This document shows, one piece after another, positions 20,421 through 30,716 of a stretch of 64,000 bases of DNA. The notes under the pieces were generated by a model that did not search any database, had not been told where the DNA came from, and was given only the letters and a program-made list of their open reading frames with translations. The position numbers and the translations under genes were made by a program. Source of the DNA: a virus (Duplodnaviria; Caudoviricetes); IMG/VR virus record IMGVR_UViG_3300013121_000029, positions 64,001-128,000 of that record; one strand, given 5' to 3'. Numbering within the stretch: the stretch's first letter is position 1; each line of letters begins with the position of its first letter.

Positions 20421-21419
20421 TCACTTCAAACGCTGAGGTTTAAACAATGTAGACTTAGCTGTTCGTTCCCAATTTTTCGGTTGCATTCGTATTAATGATG
20501 CAATTTGATCAGCAGTTCTAATAGACAATAATCTAAACTGATCAATATGTTGTTCCATCCATGAAATAATTAATCGCTTTTGCTCTTCAGAGCAACCTTT
20601 TTTGTCTAACATATCGCTACCAAAAACAACTTGTTTGATACGAAGCATAATAGCACGATTGCTATGAATTGCTAAATCAAGATACATGCATCGAGACATC
20701 AATGCTTCCAAGTGTTTGGATATTTTGTCTTCTTTTTCAATTCGTTTGTCGAAATCTTCATTTGAAATGAAGACAACAGAACCATTGAACTCAAAACTTT
20801 TTGGAATTTCCTCTTGACGTAAGAAACGACTATCTGTTGCCCAAGTAATTGTTCTAGTATCACCAGAATCCAATGCTGCTTTAAGAATATTAAGTGGATC
20901 GCTGTCGTAAAAAATTGAATCAGTATCATCAACCAGCAATACTTCACCTTCTTCTCTATGATTCCACAAAGCTTCATACAATCCTAATGCGCTTGCTGTA
21001 CCAGACAATACTGTATACTTACTGATACTTCCTTCTTCAACAGCTTGCTTCAATGCTTGCACAAGTGTAAAAGTTTTTCCGACGCCTGGAGCACCTGAAA
21101 CGATTAGAGCACGGATATCCTTATTAATAATACCACATGTCATATCATCAAGTGTATTAAATCGATCAAGAATGATATCACTCAATTCTTGATCAGAGAT
21201 ATCAACCGTTGTTGTTTCAGCAGCAGTACCAAGATAAGCAATGTCTTCAGGATTGACCCAAATACCTACTCGCTTTCCAGAAAGATCTAAAATTTCAATT
21301 TTACCTGCTTTGGGACCAGGAATGTAAGACCTGTGATACTTAGTGACAAGTTCAAAGGTACCAGAGAAGATATCATTGCGATGAATACCATGATTAACTT
21401 TTACTTGCTTCATATTCAT
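20421..21419 (-). CDS. phage AAA-type P-loop ATPase
   Basis: SGAPGVGKT, LLVDDTD, LKAALD, ALMSR. Confidence 0.8.
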   Translation of the reverse strand: MNMKQVKVNHGIHRNDIFSGTFELVTKYHRSYIPGPKAGKIEILDLSGKRVGIWVNPEDIAYLGTAAETTTVDISDQELSDIILDRFNTLDDMTCGIINKDIRALIVSGAPGVGKTFTLVQALKQAVEEGSISKYTVLSGTASALGLYEALWNHREEGEVLLVDDTDSIFYDSDPLNILKAALDSGDTRTITWATDSRFLRQEEIPKSFEFNGSVVFISNEDFDKRIEKEDKISKHLEALMSRCMYLDLAIHSNRAIMLRIKQVVFGSDMLDKKGCSEEQKRLIISWMEQHIDQFRLLSIRTADQIASLIRMQPKNWERTAKSTLFKPQRLK

Positions 21420-21446
21420 TACTTCTCCTTATATGAATGAATCATC

Positions 21447-21475
21447 ATTATAATAAAAAATCATTATGTAATCAA
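21447..21475 (-). promoter_or_regulatory. sigma70-type promoter
   Basis: TTGATT-17-TATAAT. Confidence 0.7.
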
Positions 21476-21484
21476 GAGTCATTC

Positions 21485-21724
21485 TTATTTAATAATTCCT
21501 GTGTTCATTTTCCAGCTTAGTGGGAACGTAAACCCATATCTAAGCATGCTTCTGATTACAGCAAAAATAAAAGAATATATTCCGAATAAACTAAACAATA
21601 AACTTGTAAACAAATGTATGTTGGCTATAGGATAATTTGTTCCTGCACGATCATATACAAATGATCCCATCATTAAGCCATATGATCCCCAACACCATAA
21701 TGCATAAATTAATGTATCGATCAT
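21485..21724 (-). CDS. small membrane protein
   Basis: two hydrophobic segments, ATGA coupling. Confidence 0.5.
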   Translation of the reverse strand: MIDTLIYALWCWGSYGLMMGSFVYDRAGTNYPIANIHLFTSLLFSLFGIYSFIFAVIRSMLRYGFTFPLSWKMNTGIIK

Positions 21725-22032
21725 GATTGCATCATCCTTTTAATAATTTCATTAGTGACGTCAATAACACTTTGGGGTATTTTTTCTGTGGGGTGTTCGT
21801 GAACTATGAAGGTGGTAAAGTATTTGTTCAATTGTCGAAATACTTGTTTTCCTACTTCAACATCAAACTCGAGCAATTCACGTTCTTCTGGTGTAAGAGG
21901 ACCATTTACAGGATTTTGATCATGATTTTGTATTGCTTGATGTAAGTGTTCTGTAATATAAGCAACACGATTCATATAACTGTAAACTAAATGTTCTGGT
22001 ACATCGTATTCTATTACAAATTTTTTACTCAT
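21721..22032 (-). CDS. hypothetical protein
   Basis: coupled ORF. Confidence 0.55.
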   Translation of the reverse strand: MSKKFVIEYDVPEHLVYSYMNRVAYITEHLHQAIQNHDQNPVNGPLTPEERELLEFDVEVGKQVFRQLNKYFTTFIVHEHPTEKIPQSVIDVTNEIIKRMMQS

Positions 22033-22429
22033 TCTTTGAATCCAAAAGTTGTTGTAATTCTTGTCTAAATTTTTTGTCTTTGTTTAACTTATTAACGACT
22101 TCTTGCTTAAAGAAGTCGTCACGCTCTTGTATTCTTCGTTTTGCTTCTTCCCTCTGTAATTTCTTTCGCTCGTTATCGTATTTTTCTTGTTCTGCTATAC
22201 GTGCTTTACATTCTTCGTCTGTTTCCCAACGAAGAACAGAAAGTTCCATATATTCAAAATCACTCGAGTAATAATCCAAGCTGATATTATGGGAAACATG
22301 AGCATCAGGATCAAGCTGCTTTGCTTTATCCAATTCATTTAAAAACTTTCGCATAATATCAACAATTTCTTCCGATCTTGTCAATATTGAAATACGGTCA
22401 TTATGTGTGACTTTTATTTGTTTCTTCAT
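22025..22429 (-). CDS. hypothetical coiled-coil protein
   Basis: coupled ORF. Confidence 0.55.
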   Translation of the reverse strand: MKKQIKVTHNDRISILTRSEEIVDIMRKFLNELDKAKQLDPDAHVSHNISLDYYSSDFEYMELSVLRWETDEECKARIAEQEKYDNERKKLQREEAKRRIQERDDFFKQEVVNKLNKDKKFRQELQQLLDSKNE

Positions 22430-23424
22430 GCTACTTCTACCATTTTCATAGCACTATCCCATGCTTTTTGTTTCATTGTTGCTCCGTCACCAAACCATGA
22501 TTTGTTCAACCGTGAATCTGCAGTTCTAGTTCCACGGTGGTGATCACTGTATTCGGTCACAGCATTAATCAATCCCCACAAAGTACCATCAGCACTTGGA
22601 AGATTAGAACCCATGCCTTTACCCATGTAAAGTTCCATTACATGCTTCATCAAGCGAGCATTTTTCTGTTCTTCGATAGGCTTTTTCTCATCGCCCATCA
22701 CTTTAATAAGGAATTCAACTGCTTCCTTGTTCGAAAGTTTTCTCTTTGCTGTCAATTCTGCTTCTTTAGCAAATTGTTCAAAGCTGCCCTTTGCAAGACC
22801 CATCTCAACTTTAACTGCATCAGGATCAAATACTGCTCTGTGAGGAATCTTGATATATTTCTTTGCAGCCCCAGATTCTCCTTCACGAATTGACATATTC
22901 AGTGTATTTTGACATACAGTACGAATACTTGAAAACATTGCCGTGGTAGCAAGAGTACCATCACAAGCAGTTGCAAGTAGAATGTATCCTTCTACTTTAT
23001 CAATACCAAGAATTTCTGCGGATTCGTTGATTTTGGCTAATGCCCAATACTTTCTCCCACCGTGCAAACATCCTGCAACATCGAGAGTGAATCCACCAGT
23101 TGCAACAATGTCACGGAAAAATTCAAGAACTTCGCCTGGCTGCACGACTTTATAATCATCACTCACAATTGCAAGTGCTTTACGTGTATCAGAACGAACA
23201 AGAGCTGTCCTGTAAGGAACCATGTTCATTGTCTTATCGAATTTTTCTTCTTCTTGAAAGAATACAGGACGCTCAAGCAATTCCCAATCCATTCCCGCTG
23301 CTTTACGCCACGTGTCAATATCAGCATTAGGATCTAATGCTTGACCGAGACCGTGCCAAGGAACGACACCGTTTGTGTATGCTATATTAGCACGATTGTT
23401 TGTCATATCTATACAATGAGCCAT
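22426..23424 (-). CDS. DUF932 family protein
   Basis: PWHGLG, WRKAAGMDW, ATACDGT, RTVCQNTL, TLWGLINAVTEYSDH. Confidence 0.85.
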   Translation of the reverse strand: MAHCIDMTNNRANIAYTNGVVPWHGLGQALDPNADIDTWRKAAGMDWELLERPVFFQEEEKFDKTMNMVPYRTALVRSDTRKALAIVSDDYKVVQPGEVLEFFRDIVATGGFTLDVAGCLHGGRKYWALAKINESAEILGIDKVEGYILLATACDGTLATTAMFSSIRTVCQNTLNMSIREGESGAAKKYIKIPHRAVFDPDAVKVEMGLAKGSFEQFAKEAELTAKRKLSNKEAVEFLIKVMGDEKKPIEEQKNARLMKHVMELYMGKGMGSNLPSADGTLWGLINAVTEYSDHHRGTRTADSRLNKSWFGDGATMKQKAWDSAMKMVEVA

Positions 23425-23452
23425 TTGATTAATCCTCGATTTTTGAATGATT

Positions 23453-23481
23453 ATTATAAAAGATGAAAGGTTAGAAATCAA
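23453..23481 (-). promoter_or_regulatory. sigma70-type promoter
   Basis: TTGATT-17-TATAAT. Confidence 0.7.
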
Positions 23482-23897
23482 CGATGATTGTTAACAATCA
23501 TTACTATTTGATCTTCTATCCAACCTGTTTTCCGTTGATGGTTATGTAATTCTTTAACAGAAGTGAATGCACGATGAGCGTTCCAAAACCATTGTTTTTG
23601 ATTGTCTATAAATTCTGTGATTACTACATTATTATATTTTCCAAATTGCGTAGCTGTAATATCTACAATATGATCTTCAACTACTACAAATACATGACAA
23701 TCACAACTATCTAGAACATTAAGACAAATAACTGGTGATAATCCTTTACGTTTCAATCTAGTAAACAATTCACTTGATGCAATTGCACATAATCCTGTTA
23801 AATCTTTCGGAAAATCATTATCTTCAGCATACATTTCCATATCGAGTCGAACATCATGTGCAATTGCAACTATTGTTTGATAATTATGTAATTGCAT
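23478..23897 (-). CDS. hypothetical protein with transglutaminase-like C-H-D motif
   Basis: GLCAIAS...HVFV...IVDITATQF. Confidence 0.45.
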   Translation of the reverse strand: MQLHNYQTIVAIAHDVRLDMEMYAEDNDFPKDLTGLCAIASSELFTRLKRKGLSPVICLNVLDSCDCHVFVVVEDHIVDITATQFGKYNNVVITEFIDNQKQWFWNAHRAFTSVKELHNHQRKTGWIEDQIVMIVNNHR

Positions 23898-24168
23898 TAT
23901 TATCTAACCAATTAGCAACTTTTTCTTCATTACCCCAGCAAATGGCAGGGCATTTATTGTAAAGATATTTGACGATATCAGGAAGGGCTCTGATATTTTT
24001 ATCGTCAGCGTGCATTATTGATTCTTTGAGATTATTACATAATACAGCATATAAAAAATCACCAGGTGGGATTTTTCCATATACGTAACTGTTGATGCTA
24101 TCGAAAGTGTGGTTAGGAATATTTTCATAACCACGTGGGATTATAACTGTTAAGTTGTCCATATTCAC
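23884..24168 (-). CDS. hypothetical phage protein
   Basis: PPGDFLYAVLCNNL...CWG; promoter TTGTTC-17-TATAAT at 24183-24211. Confidence 0.6.
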   Translation of the reverse strand: MNMDNLTVIIPRGYENIPNHTFDSINSYVYGKIPPGDFLYAVLCNNLKESIMHADDKNIRALPDIVKYLYNKCPAICWGNEEKVANWLDNNAIT

Positions 24169-24313
24169 CTCTACTTTATTAAATTATAAAGTAAATGAAA
24201 TGATGGAACAATATAATTACCGAGTATTTATGAAAACGCCCACTTGTGTGGAGGGAGGTAAATCTCGTTCAAGTAGTTGATAAATGGAGCTGCCTCAACT
24301 AAATCTATTAGTT

Positions 24314-24979
24314 TCATAGACCATGTTGCTTCATAAAATTATGTAAAGCAAGTAATTTATTGCCGGATTGTGCAACTGCTCTACGTGCTTGATGTTGATA
24401 TTTGTCAGGTAATGTAGAAATTGTTTGATTTACAATTTGTTCAACTTTTTGTGCTTGTTGTCCTTTAACTTCGTCTTGTCCTCGTTCAATACTATCTGTA
24501 TCGACAACACGAGCTGATTTAGAAGGGGTAGAGGACGATGAATCCATACCTCTTAAAATATTTGCACGTTCTTGTTCAATATCACGTAATTGTTGGATAA
24601 CGTGTTCTTGTTTAAGATATTTTGCAGCTGTTTCAATGCTATTGACAAATTGTTCAAAACCTGCACTTTTTGACATTTCAGGATTAGCATGGACAGAATC
24701 TGATTTATATGCTGTTGTTGCAATATTAGCAATTTTATCGAATATTGGATGACTGTTGCGAAGAGAATATGCAACTGATTTTATAGACGGAAAGTTTTTA
24801 GTAAACCAGACAGTTTGTGGACGCTTTAATTGCATTTTAGCAGTCTTAACGTCTCCTGTTTTAGACATTATGCTCGCTGCTGCATTGTTTCCTTCTCTCA
24901 TTGCTGAAAGTGCTCCTCTCACATGATGCATAAATGTATCCACATTGACAGAGTGGCTAATTTCTAATAATAAAGACAT
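24314..24979 (-). CDS. late hypothetical protein
   Basis: AAGGAG RBS, MSLLLEI start, TAAATA at 25003-25008. Confidence 0.6.
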   Translation of the reverse strand: MSLLLEISHSVNVDTFMHHVRGALSAMREGNNAAASIMSKTGDVKTAKMQLKRPQTVWFTKNFPSIKSVAYSLRNSHPIFDKIANIATTAYKSDSVHANPEMSKSAGFEQFVNSIETAAKYLKQEHVIQQLRDIEQERANILRGMDSSSSTPSKSARVVDTDSIERGQDEVKGQQAQKVEQIVNQTISTLPDKYQHQARRAVAQSGNKLLALHNFMKQHGL

Positions 24980-25054
24980 ACTAAAACTCCTTTGTATGTT
25001 TATATTTATTAGTAAATATAAGATAATCAGTGAATTATCTATGAGAACTTCGGA

Positions 25055-25486
25055 ATGAATTATCAACCTGAGCAATTACAAAAGTATGATGAACAGTATG
25101 TGTTGAAAATATTAGACATGTATGATTTCAGTACTTTAAATATACCTCCTCAGACGTTGTATAATTTCAGAAAGGAATTTGATTGGTATAGACCATATTT
25201 AAACTTTGTGGCTGTGTTAGAAATATTTCCTGAAATGCAATCGACAATGTGGTATAAAAATAAGTTTGAATTAATTGAAGATAATTACTCATTGACCAGA
25301 TTATTGTTTATTAAAGACAGCAAAAAACAAACTAGGGACGAAATAATAACATTTTTATCAGAACCTGCACCTGAAATTGACCGATTTTTACAAATAACTT
25401 CAAAAGTTAATAATATAGTGTACTTTAAACGCAACTATCGTGAAAGTGGAATTATTCAAATTGCTGCTGTTAAGGTAAAACCATGA
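25055..25486 (+). CDS. paralog array 1, member 1
   Basis: LDMYDF...LNFVAV...FLQITSKVNNIVY; TAAATA at 25013-25018. Confidence 0.65.
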   Translation: MNYQPEQLQKYDEQYVLKILDMYDFSTLNIPPQTLYNFRKEFDWYRPYLNFVAVLEIFPEMQSTMWYKNKFELIEDNYSLTRLLFIKDSKKQTRDEIITFLSEPAPEIDRFLQITSKVNNIVYFKRNYRESGIIQIAAVKVKP

Positions 25487-25959
25487 AAGTACAAGAATTA
25501 TTAGAAAGTAAACAATATACCCCTGAATATGTAGCAAAAGTACTCGATACGTATGGATTTAATGTGCCAGACGATCTTACTCGAGTTGTCAATTTGTCAC
25601 AAAACGTTGATTCTGCAACGGATGATTTAGTTGCTAATTTTGAAACAATTAAACCTATTCTTAATTGTGTAGCTGTGATGACATTACGCAGTAAACAAAT
25701 TGATACGTGGTATGAACATTTTTCGACATATTTTTTAAACGCAATAAGTAAACACGTAGATGTCGATTTAAACGAGCATGTACTACCTATGTGTAATGTT
25801 CACATACACAAAGTAATAGGTAGTGATTATGATAAATGGAATAAAAAAGTACAAGATTTTGTAGATTATACTTCTAATGTATCTAACGTTCGGTATAGAG
25901 TGTTCTATATTCCATCATCAGTATTAAAAATTGTGTATGCATATAAGGTAAAAGTATGA
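25483..25959 (+). CDS. paralog array 1, member 2
   Basis: MKVQELLESK, LDTYGF, LNCVAV, TSNVSNVRY. Confidence 0.7.
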   Translation: MKVQELLESKQYTPEYVAKVLDTYGFNVPDDLTRVVNLSQNVDSATDDLVANFETIKPILNCVAVMTLRSKQIDTWYEHFSTYFLNAISKHVDVDLNEHVLPMCNVHIHKVIGSDYDKWNKKVQDFVDYTSNVSNVRYRVFYIPSSVLKIVYAYKVKV

Positions 25960-26393
25960 AAGTACAAGAATTATTAGAAAGTAAAGAATATACAGTAGAA
26001 GAAGTTAATAGATTATTGGATACATATGACTTCACACAACTGTCATCTCCTTTAGGTTGGTTGGATAAAGCATTAATTAACAATTTTGAAAAAGTACGTC
26101 CATATCTTAATTGTGTCGCTATATTAACATGTTATACAATGCAAATAAAATTGAGGACTACTGCCTTTGATTATTCCGTGCTGTCAAAAACACGAACACA
26201 CAATGTATCTGAACTCTCAATGAACGAGATTCTAACATTTATCAATAAACGTGAACGAACTCCTCTAGAAATGGAAGAGGTGGATCAATTTTTTCAATTA
26301 ACTAGTAACATCTCCAACATTAAATATTTAAAAATACCAATCGATCCAAACGGATTACATGTTAGATTTTATGCATATAAGGCCAACATATGA
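25956..26393 (+). CDS. paralog array 1, member 3
   Basis: MKVQELLESK, LDTYDF, LNCVAI, TSNISNIKY. Confidence 0.7.
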   Translation: MKVQELLESKEYTVEEVNRLLDTYDFTQLSSPLGWLDKALINNFEKVRPYLNCVAILTCYTMQIKLRTTAFDYSVLSKTRTHNVSELSMNEILTFINKRERTPLEMEEVDQFFQLTSNISNIKYLKIPIDPNGLHVRFYAYKANI

Positions 26394-26884
26394 AACTTAG
26401 TGATATAGTTGATAATAAACGAAAAACAATTATCTCTACTCTCGAAGCATTTGGTATCGATTGCAGTGATATTGATGAACAAGTGGATCGTGGTATGACT
26501 CCATATAATTGTGTATATGAACCACATTGGGATAAGATTAAACCGTGGGCGCATGTTCTTGCTGTATATAGTGTTGAATTACACGATCCTTCGGGCCTTA
26601 TTCATAGTTGTTTTACAGAACATTTTTCTGCATATCACATGGCTATCTTATATGATCGTATGTTTATTAATAAAAAACGAAGCGGTGTAGCAGAAAACAC
26701 TGTTGATGAATTTTTTGGTTTGACCTCTTTGTTTCATCCAAGCGATCATACTTATGATAAAGAAGTTAAGAAATTTAAACAATCTGTTGGAAACAGTACT
26801 AATAATAAACGATTCATTTTAATACAAGATCAAGAAGCAATTTCTTTTATTGCTTTCTATACAAAATACACAGAGGCTTTATGA
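26390..26884 (+). CDS. paralog array 1, member 4 (divergent)
   Basis: MKLSDIV, LEAFGI, HVLAV. Confidence 0.6.
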   Translation: MKLSDIVDNKRKTIISTLEAFGIDCSDIDEQVDRGMTPYNCVYEPHWDKIKPWAHVLAVYSVELHDPSGLIHSCFTEHFSAYHMAILYDRMFINKKRSGVAENTVDEFFGLTSLFHPSDHTYDKEVKKFKQSVGNSTNNKRFILIQDQEAISFIAFYTKYTEAL

Positions 26885-27309
26885 AAATATCAGATGTCAT
26901 TAATAAACACTATCAAGAACAAGAAGATTGGAAGAAAGTACTAGAATTGCTTGACACGTATGATTTTTCATTGAACGATCTTGCCCATTTAGATGCTCAA
27001 GGTAAGAAAGATTTTATTGATATAATGAAAACAAACAAACAAGCGTTCAATATTGTGGCTACGCTTTATGTGTCTGAGACCAGAGCAATAATAAGAACGT
27101 CTTCATTATCACCGTATTACATAACACGTGGTGCCGGTTGGAGCGAATATATGGAAGACGAAATGATGAACCTTATTCAACTCAAACAAACCCCATTACA
27201 GGCTGAAGCACGAGAATTTTTTGAATATATACACAAATTCAAAAACATTAAAATATTTGCATCAGGTATAAGTGGAGATTTGTTTATTAAAGCAGTTAAG
27301 GTGAAATAA
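26881..27309 (+). CDS. paralog array 1, member 5
   Basis: MKISDVI, LDTYDF, FNIVAT, KNIKI. Confidence 0.65.
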   Translation: MKISDVINKHYQEQEDWKKVLELLDTYDFSLNDLAHLDAQGKKDFIDIMKTNKQAFNIVATLYVSETRAIIRTSSLSPYYITRGAGWSEYMEDEMMNLIQLKQTPLQAEAREFFEYIHKFKNIKIFASGISGDLFIKAVKVK

Positions 27310-27749
27310 TGAAATTACAAGAGTTATTAGAAAGCAAACAATACACCAAAGAACAAGTATTACAACTATTAGATACATATGGGTTTGGGGATATTACAGT
27401 GATGTTTAATAATCAAGCAATTGATAATATGGTTGAAAACTTCGATAAATGTCTTCCTTTTATTAATTGTGTGGGAACATTATCATTGCGGCAGTATTCT
27501 GTTGAAAGAGAATTTGATACTCTTAATCCTTTTTATCTCTACAGATGTCCTTATTATACAGAAATGACTCTAGAAGAAGCAAAAATTGTAGTTGATAATA
27601 GAAAGTATGCAAATGATAGAAATTATGAATTAATTGCTGAGTTTTTTAATCGTGTGCAAAAGATTACAAATGTACGTTTTAGGGTAAACACTAATCTTCC
27701 TACACAAGTTATATATGCATACAAACCCAAAACGATAAATATGAGATAA
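27309..27749 (+). CDS. paralog array 1, member 6
   Basis: MKLQELLESK, LDTYGF, INCVGT, ITNVRF. Confidence 0.7.
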   Translation: MKLQELLESKQYTKEQVLQLLDTYGFGDITVMFNNQAIDNMVENFDKCLPFINCVGTLSLRQYSVEREFDTLNPFYLYRCPYYTEMTLEEAKIVVDNRKYANDRNYELIAEFFNRVQKITNVRFRVNTNLPTQVIYAYKPKTINMR

Positions 27750-27764
27750 AAGAGGAATTAAAAA

Positions 27765-28223
27765 ATGAAAGTGCAGGAAATTTTTGAAAGTGAGCAGCGT
27801 GAAGGACCTTCTGATCAGTACATTATTAATGTACTCGAAACATATGGTTATAATGTAAATAATCCTCAAGCAGATATATTAAATTATTTAGCAGTGTGGT
27901 GGGATGAGTGTAAGTTGTTATTGAATTGTGTGGGATTTGTACACTTTGACGAATCTGATAACATAATCATATCAGAGTTGGGCAATGATGAGAAATCATT
28001 ATCACAAGCAAAATTAATGCACTTCTTAGATATTACCAACCACGATTGTACACTTGAAGAAGCATTAGAGCACTTCAATAATGAAGTACAACAGGCTACA
28101 GATAAACATGGATTGGAACAATTTGTAAATTATGTTAAGAAAATATCTAACACAAAGTTTTATTATTACCATAATAGCACAGGATGTTTCGTTTATTGTA
28201 TTAAGTTACCAAAAGGCAAATAA
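27765..28223 (+). CDS. paralog array 1, member 7
   Basis: MKVQEIFESE, LETYGY, LNCVGF, ISNTKF. Confidence 0.7.
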   Translation: MKVQEIFESEQREGPSDQYIINVLETYGYNVNNPQADILNYLAVWWDECKLLLNCVGFVHFDESDNIIISELGNDEKSLSQAKLMHFLDITNHDCTLEEALEHFNNEVQQATDKHGLEQFVNYVKKISNTKFYYYHNSTGCFVYCIKLPKGK

Positions 28224-28801
28224 TGAAACTCAATGACCTAATTATTGAAAGCACTGTAAAAACAGTTGATGAAGTAATTGCAGTCCTTGATATGTATGAT
28301 ATCGAAAGAGGTAGTGTATCAGACCAAGATTTAGAAACAGCTGGTCGTAATTGGGATACGTTAAAAGAAGCATTAAATACAGTACTTGTATGTTATATTG
28401 CTGCAGATCCAAAATCGGGCAATGTAACTACAGAATTAAAAACAGATTTAAAGTTTATCCACATTAATGGTGTTAGAAAAATTATGAACACAACGCCTCC
28501 AATGAACGATCCTGCTGCGTGGTTAAATTCACATATTGCAGATGATAATTTATCTCACCAACAAAAGCATACAATTTCTAAGTTTTTTCCGACGTTTTGG
28601 GATGCAGTTAAAAAATACAAAGCTGTACATTTTTATGCTGGTAAGTTTGGAGCGGGTAAATATGTAATATGGGTAGTACAAGTACCAAAAGATAATACTC
28701 GTATAGAACAATTAATTAAACAAAAGAAGTTAGAAGATGAAATTAGAAGATCTGCAATTAAAAGAAAACTCCACGCTTACAAAAAACCAGCCTCTGATTG
28801 A
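28223..28801 (+). CDS. paralog array 1, member 8
   Basis: MKLNDLIIES, LDMYDI, LNTVLV. Confidence 0.6.
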   Translation: MKLNDLIIESTVKTVDEVIAVLDMYDIERGSVSDQDLETAGRNWDTLKEALNTVLVCYIAADPKSGNVTTELKTDLKFIHINGVRKIMNTTPPMNDPAAWLNSHIADDNLSHQQKHTISKFFPTFWDAVKKYKAVHFYAGKFGAGKYVIWVVQVPKDNTRIEQLIKQKKLEDEIRRSAIKRKLHAYKKPASD

Positions 28802-29246
28802 TTCTGAGTACATTAAACGTACGTTAGAGGCATATGATTTTGATGTTTCTGATATTGACAGAAGCACTATGTTTTTTCTTCAACGAATGTTTAATTATAT
28901 GAAGCCTGTGCTTGGATTTGTTGCAGTATTTGAATACAATCAAAGTCGTGGAAATGTAAAAATTACAACCAATAATTTTAATGTATCATGGCTTACTCAT
29001 GCAGAACATATTGCAAGAGATAATTGGGATGGATTACATTTACGTGAAGTTAATATGTGGATGTCGTCCTTAATAGAGAATCCACAAGTTAATCGAAATA
29101 GTGTTGTTGCAAATTTACAATTATTTGAACAATTTATTATCGATACACAACAAATATCAAATGTAAAATATTTTACCTCTTACGTCGACGGAACAGGAAA
29201 AAATTTCATCATATATGCAATTAAAATAAAGGATATTCCATCATGA
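28737..29246 (+). CDS. paralog array 1, member 9
   Basis: MKLEDLQLKE, LEAYDF, LGFVAV, ISNVKY. Confidence 0.65.
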   Translation: MKLEDLQLKENSTLTKNQPLIDSEYIKRTLEAYDFDVSDIDRSTMFFLQRMFNYMKPVLGFVAVFEYNQSRGNVKITTNNFNVSWLTHAEHIARDNWDGLHLREVNMWMSSLIENPQVNRNSVVANLQLFEQFIIDTQQISNVKYFTSYVDGTGKNFIIYAIKIKDIPS

Positions 29247-30112
29247 AATTTATACAATCCCTTTTAAAAGAATATGATGAACATACTTCCTATAACGATC
29301 ATTTAACCTCACAACATATGCAACATTTAGTAGCATATGTTAAAAATTATATTAAAGGAAATGTTAATATAAGAGTTGTTGCTGATGCTGCATATCAAGT
29401 ATTAACTACTTTGCCTACTTCTTTAAATACAATTACTAAACAATATAATGCTAAAGATTTACATGGTGTTAGTCAATCTGAAGAATACAAAAAAGCTAAT
29501 CAGCAATATAAACAAAATATCGAACAAATTATCCAATATATTACAAAATCTGATAAATGGGACAAGAGTATAACATATAATTCAGGATCTTGGGCTCATT
29601 TTGTTAAAAAAGGTAATAAACCAAACTCCGATAAGACATATAAATGGTATGGTACGATTAAGGACAGATCGTCAGATGCTATTAAAATAATTGCTAATAT
29701 GTTATATGATTTAGACAAGGTTGATTTTATGTATCAAGTACAATTAAAAGTACCTGGTAGTTATATGTCTTATCTTAGTCATCCTGATTCTATTGTGATC
29801 CATTATAGAGGACCCGAAGATAAAGAAAAACTTGTTCCTGTCATTCAGAAATATAAGAAATATTTTGGTGACCGTGAGAAACTTGGACGACAAGATTTTG
29901 GAGTAGACGACAAGTCATTTAGAATGGATAGTGAAGATCGTGGGGATGATAATTCTGATAGTATGATCGTAGCAAAGAAATTCGCTCAAACAATATCTAA
30001 AAATGCTGACCAAATAAAGCAAATATATTCTAAAAATAATGAGCAAGAAATAGCTAAACAATTACTATCCATCTTGCTCAAAATATCCAAAGAATCCTCA
30101 CATCGACAATAA
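29243..30112 (+). CDS. hypothetical protein, putative virion-internal
   Basis: MKFIQSLLKE; LKVP...PDSIVIHY. Confidence 0.55.
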   Translation: MKFIQSLLKEYDEHTSYNDHLTSQHMQHLVAYVKNYIKGNVNIRVVADAAYQVLTTLPTSLNTITKQYNAKDLHGVSQSEEYKKANQQYKQNIEQIIQYITKSDKWDKSITYNSGSWAHFVKKGNKPNSDKTYKWYGTIKDRSSDAIKIIANMLYDLDKVDFMYQVQLKVPGSYMSYLSHPDSIVIHYRGPEDKEKLVPVIQKYKKYFGDREKLGRQDFGVDDKSFRMDSEDRGDDNSDSMIVAKKFAQTISKNADQIKQIYSKNNEQEIAKQLLSILLKISKESSHRQ

Positions 30113-30114
30113 TA

Positions 30115-30711
30115 TTAGTGCCACATGTATTCGAGATGATTAATTGCGATACACATATATCGTTTGTCTTCATCTAAAATAAACTGTTCAATGTCTGTGT
30201 GCTTCTTATGAAGCATATCTTGTTCAGGAGTATGTGGTTCGTTAATCTTTGAGATCCAATCTTTTATATCTCCTTTTCCGAAACGAGCATCATGCCATTC
30301 CATGAGTGAATCTTCTTCTTGTTTTTTCAATTTTGGACGTTCAATACGCCAATAATCTGCAACAGATTTCAGAGCTGCAAAAATAGGAGCACGACTTGGT
30401 TCAGACCAATCAGTTTGTGTTGGAGAAAAATCAACAAAATCACATACTTCTTGAAAAAGAGCATGTTTAATGCGTGTGTCAGGATCCCAGTAATTCGGCT
30501 CTAAATCACGAATACGAATAACATTATATTGGTGTTTTGGAATATAGCGATGAGCAAACTTCCACCAAAGACGCATGATTTTAGAATATTGCTTAAAATC
30601 CCACACTTGTTCAATCCACCAATGTTCGACTCTTTCTTTAAGAGACCAATTTTCTGATGGCTCTTTCATTTCTTTCATTCTATAATTGAGTAATTTTTTC
30701 AAACTAGACAT
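30115..30711 (-). CDS. hypothetical phage protein
   Basis: 198-aa ORF. Confidence 0.6.
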   Translation of the reverse strand: MSSLKKLLNYRMKEMKEPSENWSLKERVEHWWIEQVWDFKQYSKIMRLWWKFAHRYIPKHQYNVIRIRDLEPNYWDPDTRIKHALFQEVCDFVDFSPTQTDWSEPSRAPIFAALKSVADYWRIERPKLKKQEEDSLMEWHDARFGKGDIKDWISKINEPHTPEQDMLHKKHTDIEQFILDEDKRYMCIAINHLEYMWH

Positions 30712-30716
30712 GATAA

